The notes: a model not told the origin generated them from the sequence alone. A stretch of 64,000 bases of DNA from an uncultured Acidobacteriaceae bacterium (GCA_964246235.1 CAXTPR010000010.1:1946-65945); one strand, 5' to 3'. Shown: positions 44,413-54,164, counted from the first letter of the stretch. Program-made: numbers and translations.

Positions 44413-46257
44413 TCAGCGCCGCAGCAGCAACACCGCCGCCGAGCCGAAGACGGCCAGTCCCACCGTGAGCCAGGCGACGTAGTCCCCGGGATGCCCGCTC
44501 TGAAAAGCGCGCAGAGGCCGCAGCCGGCCCTCCAGAAAGGGACCCAGCCGCAGCCGACGCTGCAGCCGGTTGCGGAACACAGACGTACACGCGAGGGCAA
44601 AGGCCGCCATCAGCGCAACAGTGGAGTGCAGTGCAGCGGAAGGCACGGCTTCGCGCCAGCCAGGCTGCGTGAGCGGTACGCCTTGGCCGGCGTACACGGT
44701 GTGCAGGTACGCCGGCTGGCTCGCCAGGACCGCTGCCGCGTCGCGTAGCACCGGCAGCCACCCGGGCAGAAACGACAGCGCGATCCCAGCCAGCACGCAG
44801 AAGGCGGCAGGCAGGAAGTGGAACGGGTAGATCTTCGTGTCGCGAGCTCCATCCTCCGGTCGTTCTCCCACCTCGGCCGCGGCGTCGGTGAGGGGTCCAT
44901 CGCCCCAGCCCAGGAACGTGCTCATGCCCGTGCGCAGCACGGCAGCCGCGGTCATCATGCCGCCGAAGAAGAACAGCGCCGACACGCCATGCACACCGTT
45001 TCGTTCCGCCGCGTGCTCGGCGCCGGCAGTAGCCAGCAGCAGTGCAGACCCCGGCACTCCCGCCAGGCCGGCCGCGCCGAGAAACCACAGCAGGCCCACC
45101 CAGGGCAGCTCGCGCCCGCGGCGGTACAGCTGCCTCTCGGTCACCGTCCGCAGCCGATGCAGCAGCATGCCCGTCACAAAAAAAAGGCCGCCCTTGATCA
45201 GTGCATGGGCGAGCAGGTACAGAAGCATGGCCGCAATCGCCAGCGGTCCGCCGATGCTGAACGTCAGCAGCATCAGACCCGCGTGGCAGATCGTGCTGAA
45301 CGCCAACAGGCGCTTGAGATGATGTTCCGCGTAGCACATGATCCCGCCCAGGACCACGGTCACCGCCGCAAACGCATACAGCATTCCACGCGCGGCCAGG
45401 GGGTGCCATGCCAGGCACTGCGCAAAAATCGTGGTGTGCAGCCGCACGATGGCATACAGGCCAAGCTCCACCATGATCCCGCTGAACAGGACACACACCG
45501 GTGTGGGCGCGACGGCGTGCGCATCCGGCAGCCACAGGTGGAACGGGGCGATCGCCCCTTTGACAAGGAATCCACAGGTGAGCAGCGTAAACGCAAACAG
45601 AACCAATGGATCGTGCCGCGCGCCCCCGCCCGCACCGAGGCTCAGGCCGATCTGCGCCATGTTCAGTGCGCCGGTCATCGCGTACAGCAGTGCGATGCCC
45701 GTGAGCACCAGGAACGCGGCCACCGTGTTGGTCACCGCGAAGTTGAGGCTGCCCTGCAGCGGCGAAGGCTCCGCGGTCTTCAACCCGCACAGCGCGAACG
45801 CGGCGGTGCTCATCAGCTCGAAGAAGACGAACATGTTGAACAGGTCGCCGGTCAGCACGAACCCCGACATGGCGGCGAGAAACACCAGCATCAGCGGCTG
45901 GTAATGGCCTTGTCCGCAATCGACAAATCGCCAGCTGAAGACGAGGGCCAGCACGGTCAGCAGGGCCGCCAGCGTGGCCAGCCCGGCGCCGATGGGCTCG
46001 ACCACAAACGAGATGCCCAGCACCATCGAGCCGCGTGGGTACCAGTTGCCGAACCAGTAGGTGAAGGCTCCATGTGAGGCGCGCGTCAACAGAAGCGAAG
46101 CTGTTAAGAGGTTCAACGCAACGAAAAAAATGGCTGCCGAGTCCATCGCCGCACGGCTCAGCCATTTGCGGAACGCGGAGAGCAGGGCCGCGCCGAGCAG
46201 CGGCACAGCGACCGGCGCACCCGGCAGCAGGCCCGTGACATGCGCGAGGCTCGGCAT
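44413..46257 (-). CDS. mrpD: Antiporter-like proton-conducting subunit (MrpD/MbhH-type)
   Basis: GDLFNMFVFFELM, VKGAIAPFHLWLPDAHAVAPTPV, LKRLLAFS, AHALIKGGLF. Confidence 0.88.
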   Translation of the reverse strand: MPSLAHVTGLLPGAPVAVPLLGAALLSAFRKWLSRAAMDSAAIFFVALNLLTASLLLTRASHGAFTYWFGNWYPRGSMVLGISFVVEPIGAGLATLAALLTVLALVFSWRFVDCGQGHYQPLMLVFLAAMSGFVLTGDLFNMFVFFELMSTAAFALCGLKTAEPSPLQGSLNFAVTNTVAAFLVLTGIALLYAMTGALNMAQIGLSLGAGGGARHDPLVLFAFTLLTCGFLVKGAIAPFHLWLPDAHAVAPTPVCVLFSGIMVELGLYAIVRLHTTIFAQCLAWHPLAARGMLYAFAAVTVVLGGIMCYAEHHLKRLLAFSTICHAGLMLLTFSIGGPLAIAAMLLYLLAHALIKGGLFFVTGMLLHRLRTVTERQLYRRGRELPWVGLLWFLGAAGLAGVPGSALLLATAGAEHAAERNGVHGVSALFFFGGMMTAAAVLRTGMSTFLGWGDGPLTDAAAEVGERPEDGARDTKIYPFHFLPAAFCVLAGIALSFLPGWLPVLRDAAAVLASQPAYLHTVYAGQGVPLTQPGWREAVPSAALHSTVALMAAFALACTSVFRNRLQRRLRLGPFLEGRLRPLRAFQSGHPGDYVAWLTVGLAVFGSAAVLLLRR

Positions 46258-46263
46258 CTTCGG

Positions 46264-46620
46264 CTAGCCTCGCATCTCGCGCAGGTCCTCCGGCGAAACG
46301 CTGCCCGAGAGCTCATGCGCCTTGACCACCATGGCCAGCAGGAGCGCGACCACAACCGCTTCCACCACCACATCGGTCAGCATGAGAGCTTGCACCACCG
46401 GGTCGACCGTCAGCTTGCCGACGGGAATGTCGGCGAAGATCGGGGCCGCGCCGCCCAGCCGGTAGCCGATGGCCAGAAGCAGCACATACGTCGAGCTCTG
46501 CAGCACGGCCAGGCAGACCACCGCATGTACCAGATGCTTGCTCGTGACGATCCCATAAAGTCCGCAGAAGAACAGCCACGCGGCTACGAAGAAGGGAAAG
46601 GCATGCAGGAGGTGGGGCAT
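46264..46620 (-). CDS. mrpC: Mrp/Mnh subunit C (NuoK-like)
   Basis: GLYGIV.SKHL, DPVVQALMLTDVV. Confidence 0.87.
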   Translation of the reverse strand: MPHLLHAFPFFVAAWLFFCGLYGIVTSKHLVHAVVCLAVLQSSTYVLLLAIGYRLGGAAPIFADIPVGKLTVDPVVQALMLTDVVVEAVVVALLLAMVVKAHELSGSVSPEDLREMRG

Positions 46621-47369
46621 CAGTCCTCCGCCTCCTGCGCGGCGATGATCTCCTGCAGGTAGGTGTAGATCACCAGGATGAACGCTGCCGTGACCTCCAC
46701 GCCGACGGTGGCGCTGATGATCGCTATGTTGCCCGAAGAGAAGACAGCGCCGGTAGCGCCCAGCGGCAGCATGTTGGTCAGCAGCGGCAGGCCAAAGAGC
46801 AGAGGCACGAGCCCGATGACCGCGTAAGCGCCGGCGCCAAGCGCTTCAATCACCTCCACCCCGGTATGCGTGGTGATGCGCTTGAACGCCTTCGTGTTCT
46901 CGCACACGTAGACCAGCACCGGGCAGGTCGCCAGGATCACGCCGGCCTGGAAGCCGCCGCCGGGCGTGAGCTGCCCATGCAGGCCGATGTAGAAGCCGAA
47001 GCACAGCGTGACCAGCAGCGCAGGCATATTGATCGCGCGCACCGCCGCGCTCAGCTTGAACTCATCGTTAAGCCCGCCGTGCTGCTCCGGGCGCTCGTCC
47101 TTCTCGCGGCGCAGCAGCATCATCACGCCCAGCACCGCGGCAAACAGGATGTACTCTTCGCCCAGCGTGTCGAAGCCGCGATAGTCGTAGTTGATCGCGT
47201 TGACGGTATCGGTGGTATGGCGCTCGTACACCGCAAGCCGCGCAATGAAATCACCGTACGGGCCGCGGTAGTCTCCCCAGCCGGGCAGGTTGAGCGAGGC
47301 GTAGCAGAAGAGTCCCAAAAAGAGGACCCCGGCGACAAGGAACACGCGCGTGCGTACACGATCGCTCAT
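46620..47369 (-). CDS. mrpB: Mrp/Mnh subunit B (MnhB domain)
   Basis: DYRGFDTLGE, HGQLTPGGGFQAG. Start ATG 47369 overlaps the DUF4040 stop. Confidence 0.9.
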   Translation of the reverse strand: MSDRVRTRVFLVAGVLFLGLFCYASLNLPGWGDYRGPYGDFIARLAVYERHTTDTVNAINYDYRGFDTLGEEYILFAAVLGVMMLLRREKDERPEQHGGLNDEFKLSAAVRAINMPALLVTLCFGFYIGLHGQLTPGGGFQAGVILATCPVLVYVCENTKAFKRITTHTGVEVIEALGAGAYAVIGLVPLLFGLPLLTNMLPLGATGAVFSSGNIAIISATVGVEVTAAFILVIYTYLQEIIAAQEAED

Positions 47370-47653
47370 GAGCGGCGCTCCCTGCCTGAGTCGCTGCTTG
47401 AGGCTTTCCGCCCCGCCGGACCGCGCGCCCGCATCCGGCTCAGCGCCAGGATGATCATCAGCGGCAGCGCCACCGCGCCCACCGTGATCTGGCTCAGCGC
47501 CACATCGGGTGCCTGGAAAACGAAGAACATCAGCGCCATCAACAGGCCGTAAAATCCCAGCGCTAGCAATTGGTTCACCACATCGCGCGTGCTGACGACT
47601 GCAAAGCCGGTGATGGCGATGAGCAGCAGAAGACCGGTGCCGAACCAAATCAT
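47366..47653 (-). CDS. DUF4040 protein (MrpA C-terminal / MbhD-like fragment)
   Basis: FQAPDVALSQITVG motif with three TM segments. Confidence 0.85.
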   Translation of the reverse strand: MIWFGTGLLLLIAITGFAVVSTRDVVNQLLALGFYGLLMALMFFVFQAPDVALSQITVGAVALPLMIILALSRMRARGPAGRKASSSDSGRERRS

Positions 47654-48006
47654 GAGCGGCTCTCCTGAGGATCATCCGTGTCGCGTGCGAACTCCATCGG
47701 ATCGCCATCCAGCGGCTCCCAGTGGCCGATGTCGCGGGTGCGGAAGGCCCGCGCGGTGGCATGCCCCACCACCGAATTGATGCCCAGCAGGATGATCGCG
47801 ATGAGCAGCGTCTTCCACGCCGCCTGGCTCGGTCCTGTGCGCAGAAACACGGCTGCCGTAAGGAACAAGGCGCCGACTGCCGGCAGCGCCAGGTAGTGGA
47901 GCGCCTGCATGGGCTCGCGCATGCGGACCATGCCCACCGCACCCAACCAGCAGCTCAGCACTACCACCACCAGCAAGGCCAATTCGAGGAGGGCGCGCAC
48001 GCTCAC
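47650..48006 (-). CDS. mrpG: Mrp/Mnh subunit G
   Basis: GAVGMVRMREPMQALH, GHATARA. Confidence 0.78.
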   Translation of the reverse strand: MSVRALLELALLVVVVLSCWLGAVGMVRMREPMQALHYLALPAVGALFLTAAVFLRTGPSQAAWKTLLIAIILLGINSVVGHATARAFRTRDIGHWEPLDGDPMEFARDTDDPQESRS

Positions 48007-48254
48007 AGGTACCTTCCCAGAAAGCGGGCGAACAGCAGGCCGCTGCCGAATCCCATGATCGCGAGAGCCAGTGCGATGTCAATGAACGGAATACGCCCGA
48101 AGCCTACGGTGAACAGGACGAGCGCTGTCGTCACGATCAGGCCCGTCATCTCCAGCCCTACCAGCCGCCGCTCCGGCGAGCCGCGCAGGCACATCCAGGC
48201 ACAGGGGACCAGGGCAGCCGAAACCAAAGCGCCCGCCGCTGTCCAGAGGTTCAT
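48003..48254 (-). CDS. mrpF: Mrp/Mnh subunit F
   Basis: RGSPERRLVGLE, FIDIALALAIMGF..LLFARFL. Confidence 0.8.
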   Translation of the reverse strand: MNLWTAAGALVSAALVPCAWMCLRGSPERRLVGLEMTGLIVTTALVLFTVGFGRIPFIDIALALAIMGFGSGLLFARFLGRYL

Positions 48255-48316
48255 GCCGAAGAAGTTCAGAACGTCTCCCCAAGCTCTCGTGCAGCGTCTT
48301 CGTGCCGGTGATTTGC

Positions 48317-48832
48317 TTACGGCTGGCCGGCCAGATTCTTTGTCATCCGGGAAACGGGGCTCCGTGCGATCTGGTGTGTGAGCATGCGCGATTGTTTCCA
48401 GTCCACTCCCAGGATGATCGAGTTCGGACTCATCGAAGCATACAGCGTTGCCAGCACCCGTTTTCCCACCAGGTCCGGTTGCTCCCGTGAGGTGCGAAAA
48501 CCGCTCACGCGGTAGAACGATCCGGCCCGTTTGCCGCAGAGGTCCAACACGAGCACACGCGTGACCGTCCACGCGTCCGACAGCAGGTACCATGGGAGGC
48601 GCCACACCTGCAGCACGTCGGCAGCGCTCAACTGGATGCGCTGCGTCGAGTGCTGCCAGACCACCAGCAGAAAAACAAGGCTCAACACCACGGCGAACGC
48701 GCCAACCAGCATTTCCTGCGCCTTCACCCCGGCGGTAAACAGAATCCACTCGCCCGCCAGCAGCGCCGCTACAACCGCCACCGCGACAAGAGATACTTTA
48801 CGGAGCGGCTTGGCCGGTGCGGAGGGCGCCAT
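48317..48832 (-). CDS. mrpE: Mrp/Mnh subunit E
   Basis: Two N-terminal TMs; LATLYASMSPNSIILGVD matches the MnhE ltPgT region; first gene of the operon. Confidence 0.72.
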   Translation of the reverse strand: MAPSAPAKPLRKVSLVAVAVVAALLAGEWILFTAGVKAQEMLVGAFAVVLSLVFLLVVWQHSTQRIQLSAADVLQVWRLPWYLLSDAWTVTRVLVLDLCGKRAGSFYRVSGFRTSREQPDLVGKRVLATLYASMSPNSIILGVDWKQSRMLTHQIARSPVSRMTKNLAGQP

Positions 48833-48992
48833 GCTGCTAAAGGACGGTGCGGGGCCGGGCCGGGATGCTCAAGCCGTGTTGTTTGTTTGGTAAATCGTTC
48901 CCTCTCCGCTCGGATGGTTGCCCTTCCGAGCCGAAAGGTCGCCGCCTCCGTTCGCACCCTTCCCAAGCGCATCGAAAGGGCAAGACGTACCC

Positions 48993-50105
48993 ATGAGCTC
49001 CTGGAGTCGAATCTCGCCCGACACACTGGTATTTCCCTGGGCCAACCGGACGCCGCTTCGTGGCCTGCACTCGACGGTGGCCATCGCGCTTGCACTCCTC
49101 CTCGGGCACTATACAAACCACGCCGGCGCGGGCTCCATCGCCGCGGGCGCAGCCTTTACAGTAGGCTTTGCAGTCTTCCATGAGGCTCTGGCCTCTTCGC
49201 TGCTCAGCATGGCTTTTCTGACCCTCGGCATCGCCTCCGCCACGCTGGCCGGCAGCCTGGGCGCGAGCCGCCAGGGGTTTGTCCTGTTCCTGTGCGTGCT
49301 CGCCGCTGTCAACTACGGCCTGCTGCAGGGGCTGGGCAACACGGCCGGCTGGATCGGCCAGCAGTGCGCCGTGTTCGTCATCATCGCCAGCGGTTTCAAT
49401 CATGGCCGCCATTACGCGGCGGGCCGGGCTCTCATGGTGCTGCTGGGCGGCGGGATGCAGATGGTGGTCTACACCGCCGTCAAGCTTCTCCAGCGCTCGC
49501 CCAAAGCACCCAGGCCGGACTACGCCCGCCAGCTGCACACGCGCTTGGGTCAGCTTTGGCGAGGGCTTCGCAAAGAGCTGCACTGGTCGGCCGAGACCAC
49601 CAGCTACGTGCTCCGCCTGGCCGTGGTGCTGCTGGTCAGCACCGCCATTTACCAGCGCCTGCCCTACGGCAACGGCTACTGGGCCCCCATGACCGCGCTG
49701 CTGGTGCTGAAGCCGGAATGGTCGGGCACGCTGAGCCGCAGCATCGCGCGGCTTACGGGCACACTGGCCGGCGCGGCGCTCGCCCTGCTGCTGGCTCATT
49801 CGCTGCCCCTACCCGGAGCTCTCCTTTTTGCACTGGTGCTGGTGTTCGCCTGGGCGTGCTACCTGCTGCAGGCGGTAAACTACGCCGCATTTTCCTTTTC
49901 GATCACCCTGTACACCGTGTTTTCTTTCCGGCTAGGCGGTTTTTCGCAACCCGCCGCGGCGCATCTGCGGCTCATCAACACAGCCATCGGCGGCTGCGTC
50001 GCGCTGGTCATCGACCTTCTCTGGGACAAGCTCAGCGGGGTGCCGGGGCGCGTGTTCCAGCGGTCCTCCGCGTCCAAGCCGGAAGCGGCCGCCTCGCCCC
50101 TGTAA
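48993..50105 (+). CDS. FUSC family membrane protein
   Basis: About 10 TM segments; NGYWAPMTALLVLKP, RLTGTLAG, RLINTAIG. Confidence 0.85.
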   Translation: MSSWSRISPDTLVFPWANRTPLRGLHSTVAIALALLLGHYTNHAGAGSIAAGAAFTVGFAVFHEALASSLLSMAFLTLGIASATLAGSLGASRQGFVLFLCVLAAVNYGLLQGLGNTAGWIGQQCAVFVIIASGFNHGRHYAAGRALMVLLGGGMQMVVYTAVKLLQRSPKAPRPDYARQLHTRLGQLWRGLRKELHWSAETTSYVLRLAVVLLVSTAIYQRLPYGNGYWAPMTALLVLKPEWSGTLSRSIARLTGTLAGAALALLLAHSLPLPGALLFALVLVFAWACYLLQAVNYAAFSFSITLYTVFSFRLGGFSQPAAAHLRLINTAIGGCVALVIDLLWDKLSGVPGRVFQRSSASKPEAAASPL

Positions 50106-50149
50106 AGAGTCACCCTTCCCAGCACACAAGCAAAGAGCCCTGCCGCCGA

Positions 50150-50710
50150 TCAGGGCTGGCTGGATTGGGAAGCAGGCGTTGCCGCCGCGGTCCGCAGATA
50201 GAGCGTGGGACCGCGCAGGAAGTCGGTGGTGCCTCCCGCTACGCCTCCCGCGGCGAGCCCCAGAACCCCGCCCCCCAGCGTGTAGACATCACGGGTGAGA
50301 TCGGAGAAGTCGAGGAATGCGTGCGGCTCTGGCGGAGCCTCGACGTGGCCCACGATCGCCCCCACTGCCAGGCCGGTGCCGAGGCCGATTCCCATGCCCA
50401 CCAGGGCTGAACGCAGGGGCCGCGTCCGCTTGACGCTCCTCACCTCTGTGCGCGGGAAGGTGTACTGAGTATGACCGCTGCTGCACAGCAGCGCTTCGTC
50501 CGTCACGGACTCCAGCACGCATTTCCTGCTCATTCTGTCGCCTGCGACGTGTACTTTGGTGCGGGGCGGCAGGCGCTTGGGGGCAGATTCGAGCTGCTCC
50601 CAGTTGCTCCCGGGAGCAGGCCGTTGCGCGGCCAGCGGAGAAAGCGAGGACGCGCACAGGGCGAGAGCGAGAAAGGGCGCGCAGCGGAGGCGGCGAGATG
50701 TGCAGAGCAT
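50150..50710 (-). CDS. Hypothetical exported/membrane protein
   Basis: Signal-like N-terminus, Sm-like beta segment, and C-terminal glycine-zipper TMs (GIGLGTGLAVGAIVG). Confidence 0.65.
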   Translation of the reverse strand: MLCTSRRLRCAPFLALALCASSLSPLAAQRPAPGSNWEQLESAPKRLPPRTKVHVAGDRMSRKCVLESVTDEALLCSSGHTQYTFPRTEVRSVKRTRPLRSALVGMGIGLGTGLAVGAIVGHVEAPPEPHAFLDFSDLTRDVYTLGGGVLGLAAGGVAGGTTDFLRGPTLYLRTAAATPASQSSQP

Positions 50711-50857
50711 GGCAAAAGCTCCTGTTCGAACGACCTGCCGATCAGACCACGCCCGCGAAGCGTACGCATCCCTCATTTGAGGGAATCGATGGTGAGGATG
50801 ACCTCCCTACGCAGTATGCCGGGAAGCGTGCGCGTTGTTCGTACAATAGGAAGCACT

Positions 50858-52714
50858 GTGACACTCGACTTTTTAGGAACACGGGAGCGTACGCACGTCT
50901 GCGGTGAGCTCCGCACCGCCGACGCCGGCACCGTCGTAACGCTCATGGGGTGGGTCAACCGCCGCCGCGATCACGGGAATCTCATCTTCTTGGACCTCCG
51001 CGACCGCTCCGGCATCACGCAGGTGGTGTTTGACAAGGAAGCTTCGCCCGAGGCCCACGCCAGGGCAGAAGCGGCGCGGCCCGAGTATGTGGTTGCGGTC
51101 ACCGGCAAGGTGCGCGTGCGCGGCGCGGGTTTGGCCAACCCCAACATGGAAACGGGCGAGATCGAAGTGGTTGCTTCCGAAGCCCTGCTGCTGAACGATG
51201 CGAAGACCCCGCCGTTTTCTCCCGCCGAAGACACCGTCGCCAACGAGGAAGTGCGCCTGGCCTACCGCTATCTCGACCTGCGCCGCGCCGAGATGCAGAA
51301 GAACTTCGCTCTGCGCAGCCGCGTGGCCATGGCGATCCGCAACTTCCTCGTCGAGCAGGGCTTCCTGGAGATAGAAACGCCCTTCATGACGCGATCGACA
51401 CCCGAAGGGGCAAGGGACTACCTGGTGCCCAGCCGCGTGCACCCGGGTCAGTTCTATGCGCTGCCGCAGTCGCCCCAGATATTCAAACAGATCCTCATGA
51501 TCTCGGGCTTCGACCGCTACTTCCAGATCGCCCGCTGCTTCCGCGACGAAGACCTCCGAGCCGACCGCCAGCCGGAGTTCACGCAGATCGATCTGGAGAT
51601 GACCTTCCCGCAGCAAGGCACTGTTTTTCGCGTCGTGGAAGGCTTCCTGCGCGCCGCCTTTGCTGCCGCCGGGGTCACGCTGCCCGAAGGCGCGTTCCAC
51701 CAGATGACCTACGATCAAGCCATCGCGAAGTATGGCATCGATAAGCCGGACATGCGGCTGCCGGCGATGGTGGACCTTTCGCAGGTGCTCACCCCCGAGC
51801 TGCGGGAGACGCTTAAGATCGACCCCATGCTGCCGGTTTACGGCTTCACCATTCCCAGAGCGGGTGTGATGAGTGGGACGCAGAAGCGCAGCTTCGTTGA
51901 CGACATACGCAACGGCTTCGGGGATTGCGGCCTCGATTTCCTCGATGTCGCGCGCCTCCGCACCAACCAGGCGTTCCTTCCACTTGCGGAAGCCATCGCC
52001 GCCAAGCTCACTGCCGAGCAGATGGTGTTCAACGGCGAGAACTTCACGACCGAAGACCTCGCCGTCGTGATCACGCCCAAGCCCGGCACGGCCGTCCTGT
52101 GGAACAACGACCGGCAATGGATTCCCAAGCGCGTCGGTTCGCTGCGGCTGGAGCTGGCGAAGAAGTTTGCCGACAAGCACGGCCTTTTCATCCCAGCCAA
52201 CACCGCTGCCGACTTCAAGTTCCTTTGGGTGACCGACTTCCCCATGTACGAGTGGAACGAGGAAGGGGAGCGCTGGGACGCCGCGCACCATCCCTTCACC
52301 TCGCCGCATGAGGACGACATCAAGAGCGGCGCGCTTTACAACGACAAAGGCGCGGTGCGCGCGCTGGCCTATGACATCGTGCTCAACGGAACCGAACTCG
52401 GCTCCGGCTCCATCCGCATCCATCGCCAGGACGTGCAGGCCGAGATCTTCCGCACACTCGGCATGACGGATGAAGAAGCCCGCGAACGTTTCGGCTTCTT
52501 CCTGCAGGCGCTGGAGTACGGCACGCCCCCGCACGGCGGCATCGCGCTCGGCCTGGACCGCATTGTGATGATTCTTGCTGGCGCCCAGAGCCTGCGCGAA
52601 GTCATCGCCTTCCCCAAGACGGCCAGGGCCATCGACCTGATGGTCGATGCGCCCACGCCGGTCAGCGAGGGGCAGTTGCGCGAGCTGAACCTGCGCATCG
52701 CGCACCGGAGTTGA
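50858..52714 (+). CDS. aspS: Aspartate--tRNA ligase (possibly non-discriminating)
   Basis: GTG start; RTHVCGEL, RRDHG, STPEGARDY, PQSPQIFKQ, FRDEDLRADRQPEFTQID, PPHGGIALGLDR. His in RRDHG is the residue associated with non-discriminating enzymes. Confidence 0.98.
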   Translation: MTLDFLGTRERTHVCGELRTADAGTVVTLMGWVNRRRDHGNLIFLDLRDRSGITQVVFDKEASPEAHARAEAARPEYVVAVTGKVRVRGAGLANPNMETGEIEVVASEALLLNDAKTPPFSPAEDTVANEEVRLAYRYLDLRRAEMQKNFALRSRVAMAIRNFLVEQGFLEIETPFMTRSTPEGARDYLVPSRVHPGQFYALPQSPQIFKQILMISGFDRYFQIARCFRDEDLRADRQPEFTQIDLEMTFPQQGTVFRVVEGFLRAAFAAAGVTLPEGAFHQMTYDQAIAKYGIDKPDMRLPAMVDLSQVLTPELRETLKIDPMLPVYGFTIPRAGVMSGTQKRSFVDDIRNGFGDCGLDFLDVARLRTNQAFLPLAEAIAAKLTAEQMVFNGENFTTEDLAVVITPKPGTAVLWNNDRQWIPKRVGSLRLELAKKFADKHGLFIPANTAADFKFLWVTDFPMYEWNEEGERWDAAHHPFTSPHEDDIKSGALYNDKGAVRALAYDIVLNGTELGSGSIRIHRQDVQAEIFRTLGMTDEEARERFGFFLQALEYGTPPHGGIALGLDRIVMILAGAQSLREVIAFPKTARAIDLMVDAPTPVSEGQLRELNLRIAHRS

Positions 52715-52777
52715 GCCTTGGGAGCAGCAGACCGGGAGCGGTTTACGGGTTAGAATAGCGTTCACCAGAGGATCGAA

Positions 52778-53029
52778 ATGCCCGAAGATCTGACCTCATC
52801 GTGCATAGGAAGTGCCTCGGTGGCGCACGACTCGGTACCAGTACTGCGCAAGCTCACCCGCCCGGAGGCACGCGAGGAGCAGCGGCGCTACAGGATGCGG
52901 CTGACTCCTGAGGAACGGCTCCACGCCTCGACCGAGCTTACGCGCCGTATGTACCTGTTGCGGGGGATCGACCTCCATGAACTTGAAGCAGACTGGACTG
53001 CTCGCCGCGTTCCTCGAAGCCGGCGTTGA
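52778..53029 (+). CDS. Small hypothetical protein, partner of the nucleotidyltransferase (antitoxin-like)
   Basis: TAGAAT -10 and AGAGGA SD upstream; MRLTPEERL helix motif; overlaps the next gene by 53 nt. Confidence 0.6.
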   Translation: MPEDLTSSCIGSASVAHDSVPVLRKLTRPEAREEQRRYRMRLTPEERLHASTELTRRMYLLRGIDLHELEADWTARRVPRSRR

Positions 53030-53450
53030 GTTCGCCGTGGTGGGCGGTGTCGCCGTCAACGTGCACGGCTACCTGCGCGCCACGAACGATCTCGACATCT
53101 TCATCCGGCCCACGGAAGAGAACGCGCGACTCGCTTTCCGGGCCTTGGAAGCCGTCGGTGCTCCGCTCACAGAGCTGGAGCCGAACGACCTGCTCGACGA
53201 CCAGGCAAATCTCCGCTTCGGACCCGACGAAGATCACATAGACATCCTTTCTTCCATCGGCGACATGTCCTTCGATCAAGTGTGGAGAGGCCGAACGGAG
53301 ATCAGCGTAGAGGGATGGGCCGTGCCCTTCATCTCCAAGGCCGATCTCATCGCGAACAAACAGCAGGTGGGGCGTCTACGCGATCTTGCCGACGCCGAAG
53401 AACTGAGTTCACTTCCCGATGTGGATTCGTCCCCGCGATCGAAAGCGTGA
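52977..53450 (+). CDS. Nucleotidyltransferase family protein (DUF6036/MNT-like)
   Basis: FAVVGGVAV..HG..RATNDLD (GG..DxD), IDIL, LIANK...GRLRDLAD. Confidence 0.85.
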   Translation: MNLKQTGLLAAFLEAGVEFAVVGGVAVNVHGYLRATNDLDIFIRPTEENARLAFRALEAVGAPLTELEPNDLLDDQANLRFGPDEDHIDILSSIGDMSFDQVWRGRTEISVEGWAVPFISKADLIANKQQVGRLRDLADAEELSSLPDVDSSPRSKA

Positions 53451-53561
53451 CGTTCGCCCCAATGAAGCACGTGTAATCCACGCGACTTCCGGCTGAGCGG
53501 CTCATCGTATAGAAACGCGGTCTGCGAACCGGGCCGCGATCTCGAAAGGCCAAAACACCCC

Positions 53562-54164
53562 ATGAAGATTCTGCACCTCGATTCCAGCGTGACCGGCGAG
53601 AAGTCCGTCAGCCGTCCGCTCACCCAGGAAGCCGCCGGGAAGCTCAAGGCGCTCTATCCGGACGCGGAGTATGTGTATCGCGACCTGATCAAAGAGCCGC
53701 TTCGTCACTACACGGCCGTAGTCCGCTTCTACGGTAAGGACGAAACGAACCTGACAGCCGAGCAGAAGCGGGAACTGGCCACGGGCGAGGAACTCCTGCA
53801 GGAGTTCCGCAGCGCCGATGTGGTGCTTATCGGCGCACCCATGTACAACTTCGGCATCCCGTCTCAACTCAAAGCCTGGATCGATCATCTCGCCGTGCCT
53901 GGTGTCGCTTTCCGGTACGGGGCTAACGGCCCGGAGGGTCTCTTCGGCGGGAAGCGCATCATTGTCATCAGCTCGCGAGGTGGCCTTTATGGCCCGGGTT
54001 CACCCACGCAAACCTGGGATCACCAGGAAGCCTACCTGCGCCAGGTCTTCCAGTTTTTCGGCATTACGGATATCACGGTGATCACGGCGGAAGGCGTTGG
54101 CTCCCCGGCGAACCGCGACAAAGCCATCGCCGACGCGAAGGAAAAGATCGTCGCGCTCAAATAG
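53562..54164 (+). CDS. azoR: FMN-dependent NADH-azoreductase
   Basis: ILHLDSS...SVSR, APMYNFGIPSQLKAWID, SRGG, EAYLR.VF.FFG. Confidence 0.95.
   Translation: MKILHLDSSVTGEKSVSRPLTQEAAGKLKALYPDAEYVYRDLIKEPLRHYTAVVRFYGKDETNLTAEQKRELATGEELLQEFRSADVVLIGAPMYNFGIPSQLKAWIDHLAVPGVAFRYGANGPEGLFGGKRIIVISSRGGLYGPGSPTQTWDHQEAYLRQVFQFFGITDITVITAEGVGSPANRDKAIADAKEKIVALK

Noticed and set aside
44363-46165. 600-aa alternative-frame ORF over mrpD
   Set aside because: Same-strand off-frame Arg/Ala-rich shadow with no motifs.
50873-52765. 630-aa minus-strand ORF
   Set aside because: Exact antisense of aspS, a well-known artefact in GC-rich synthetase genes.
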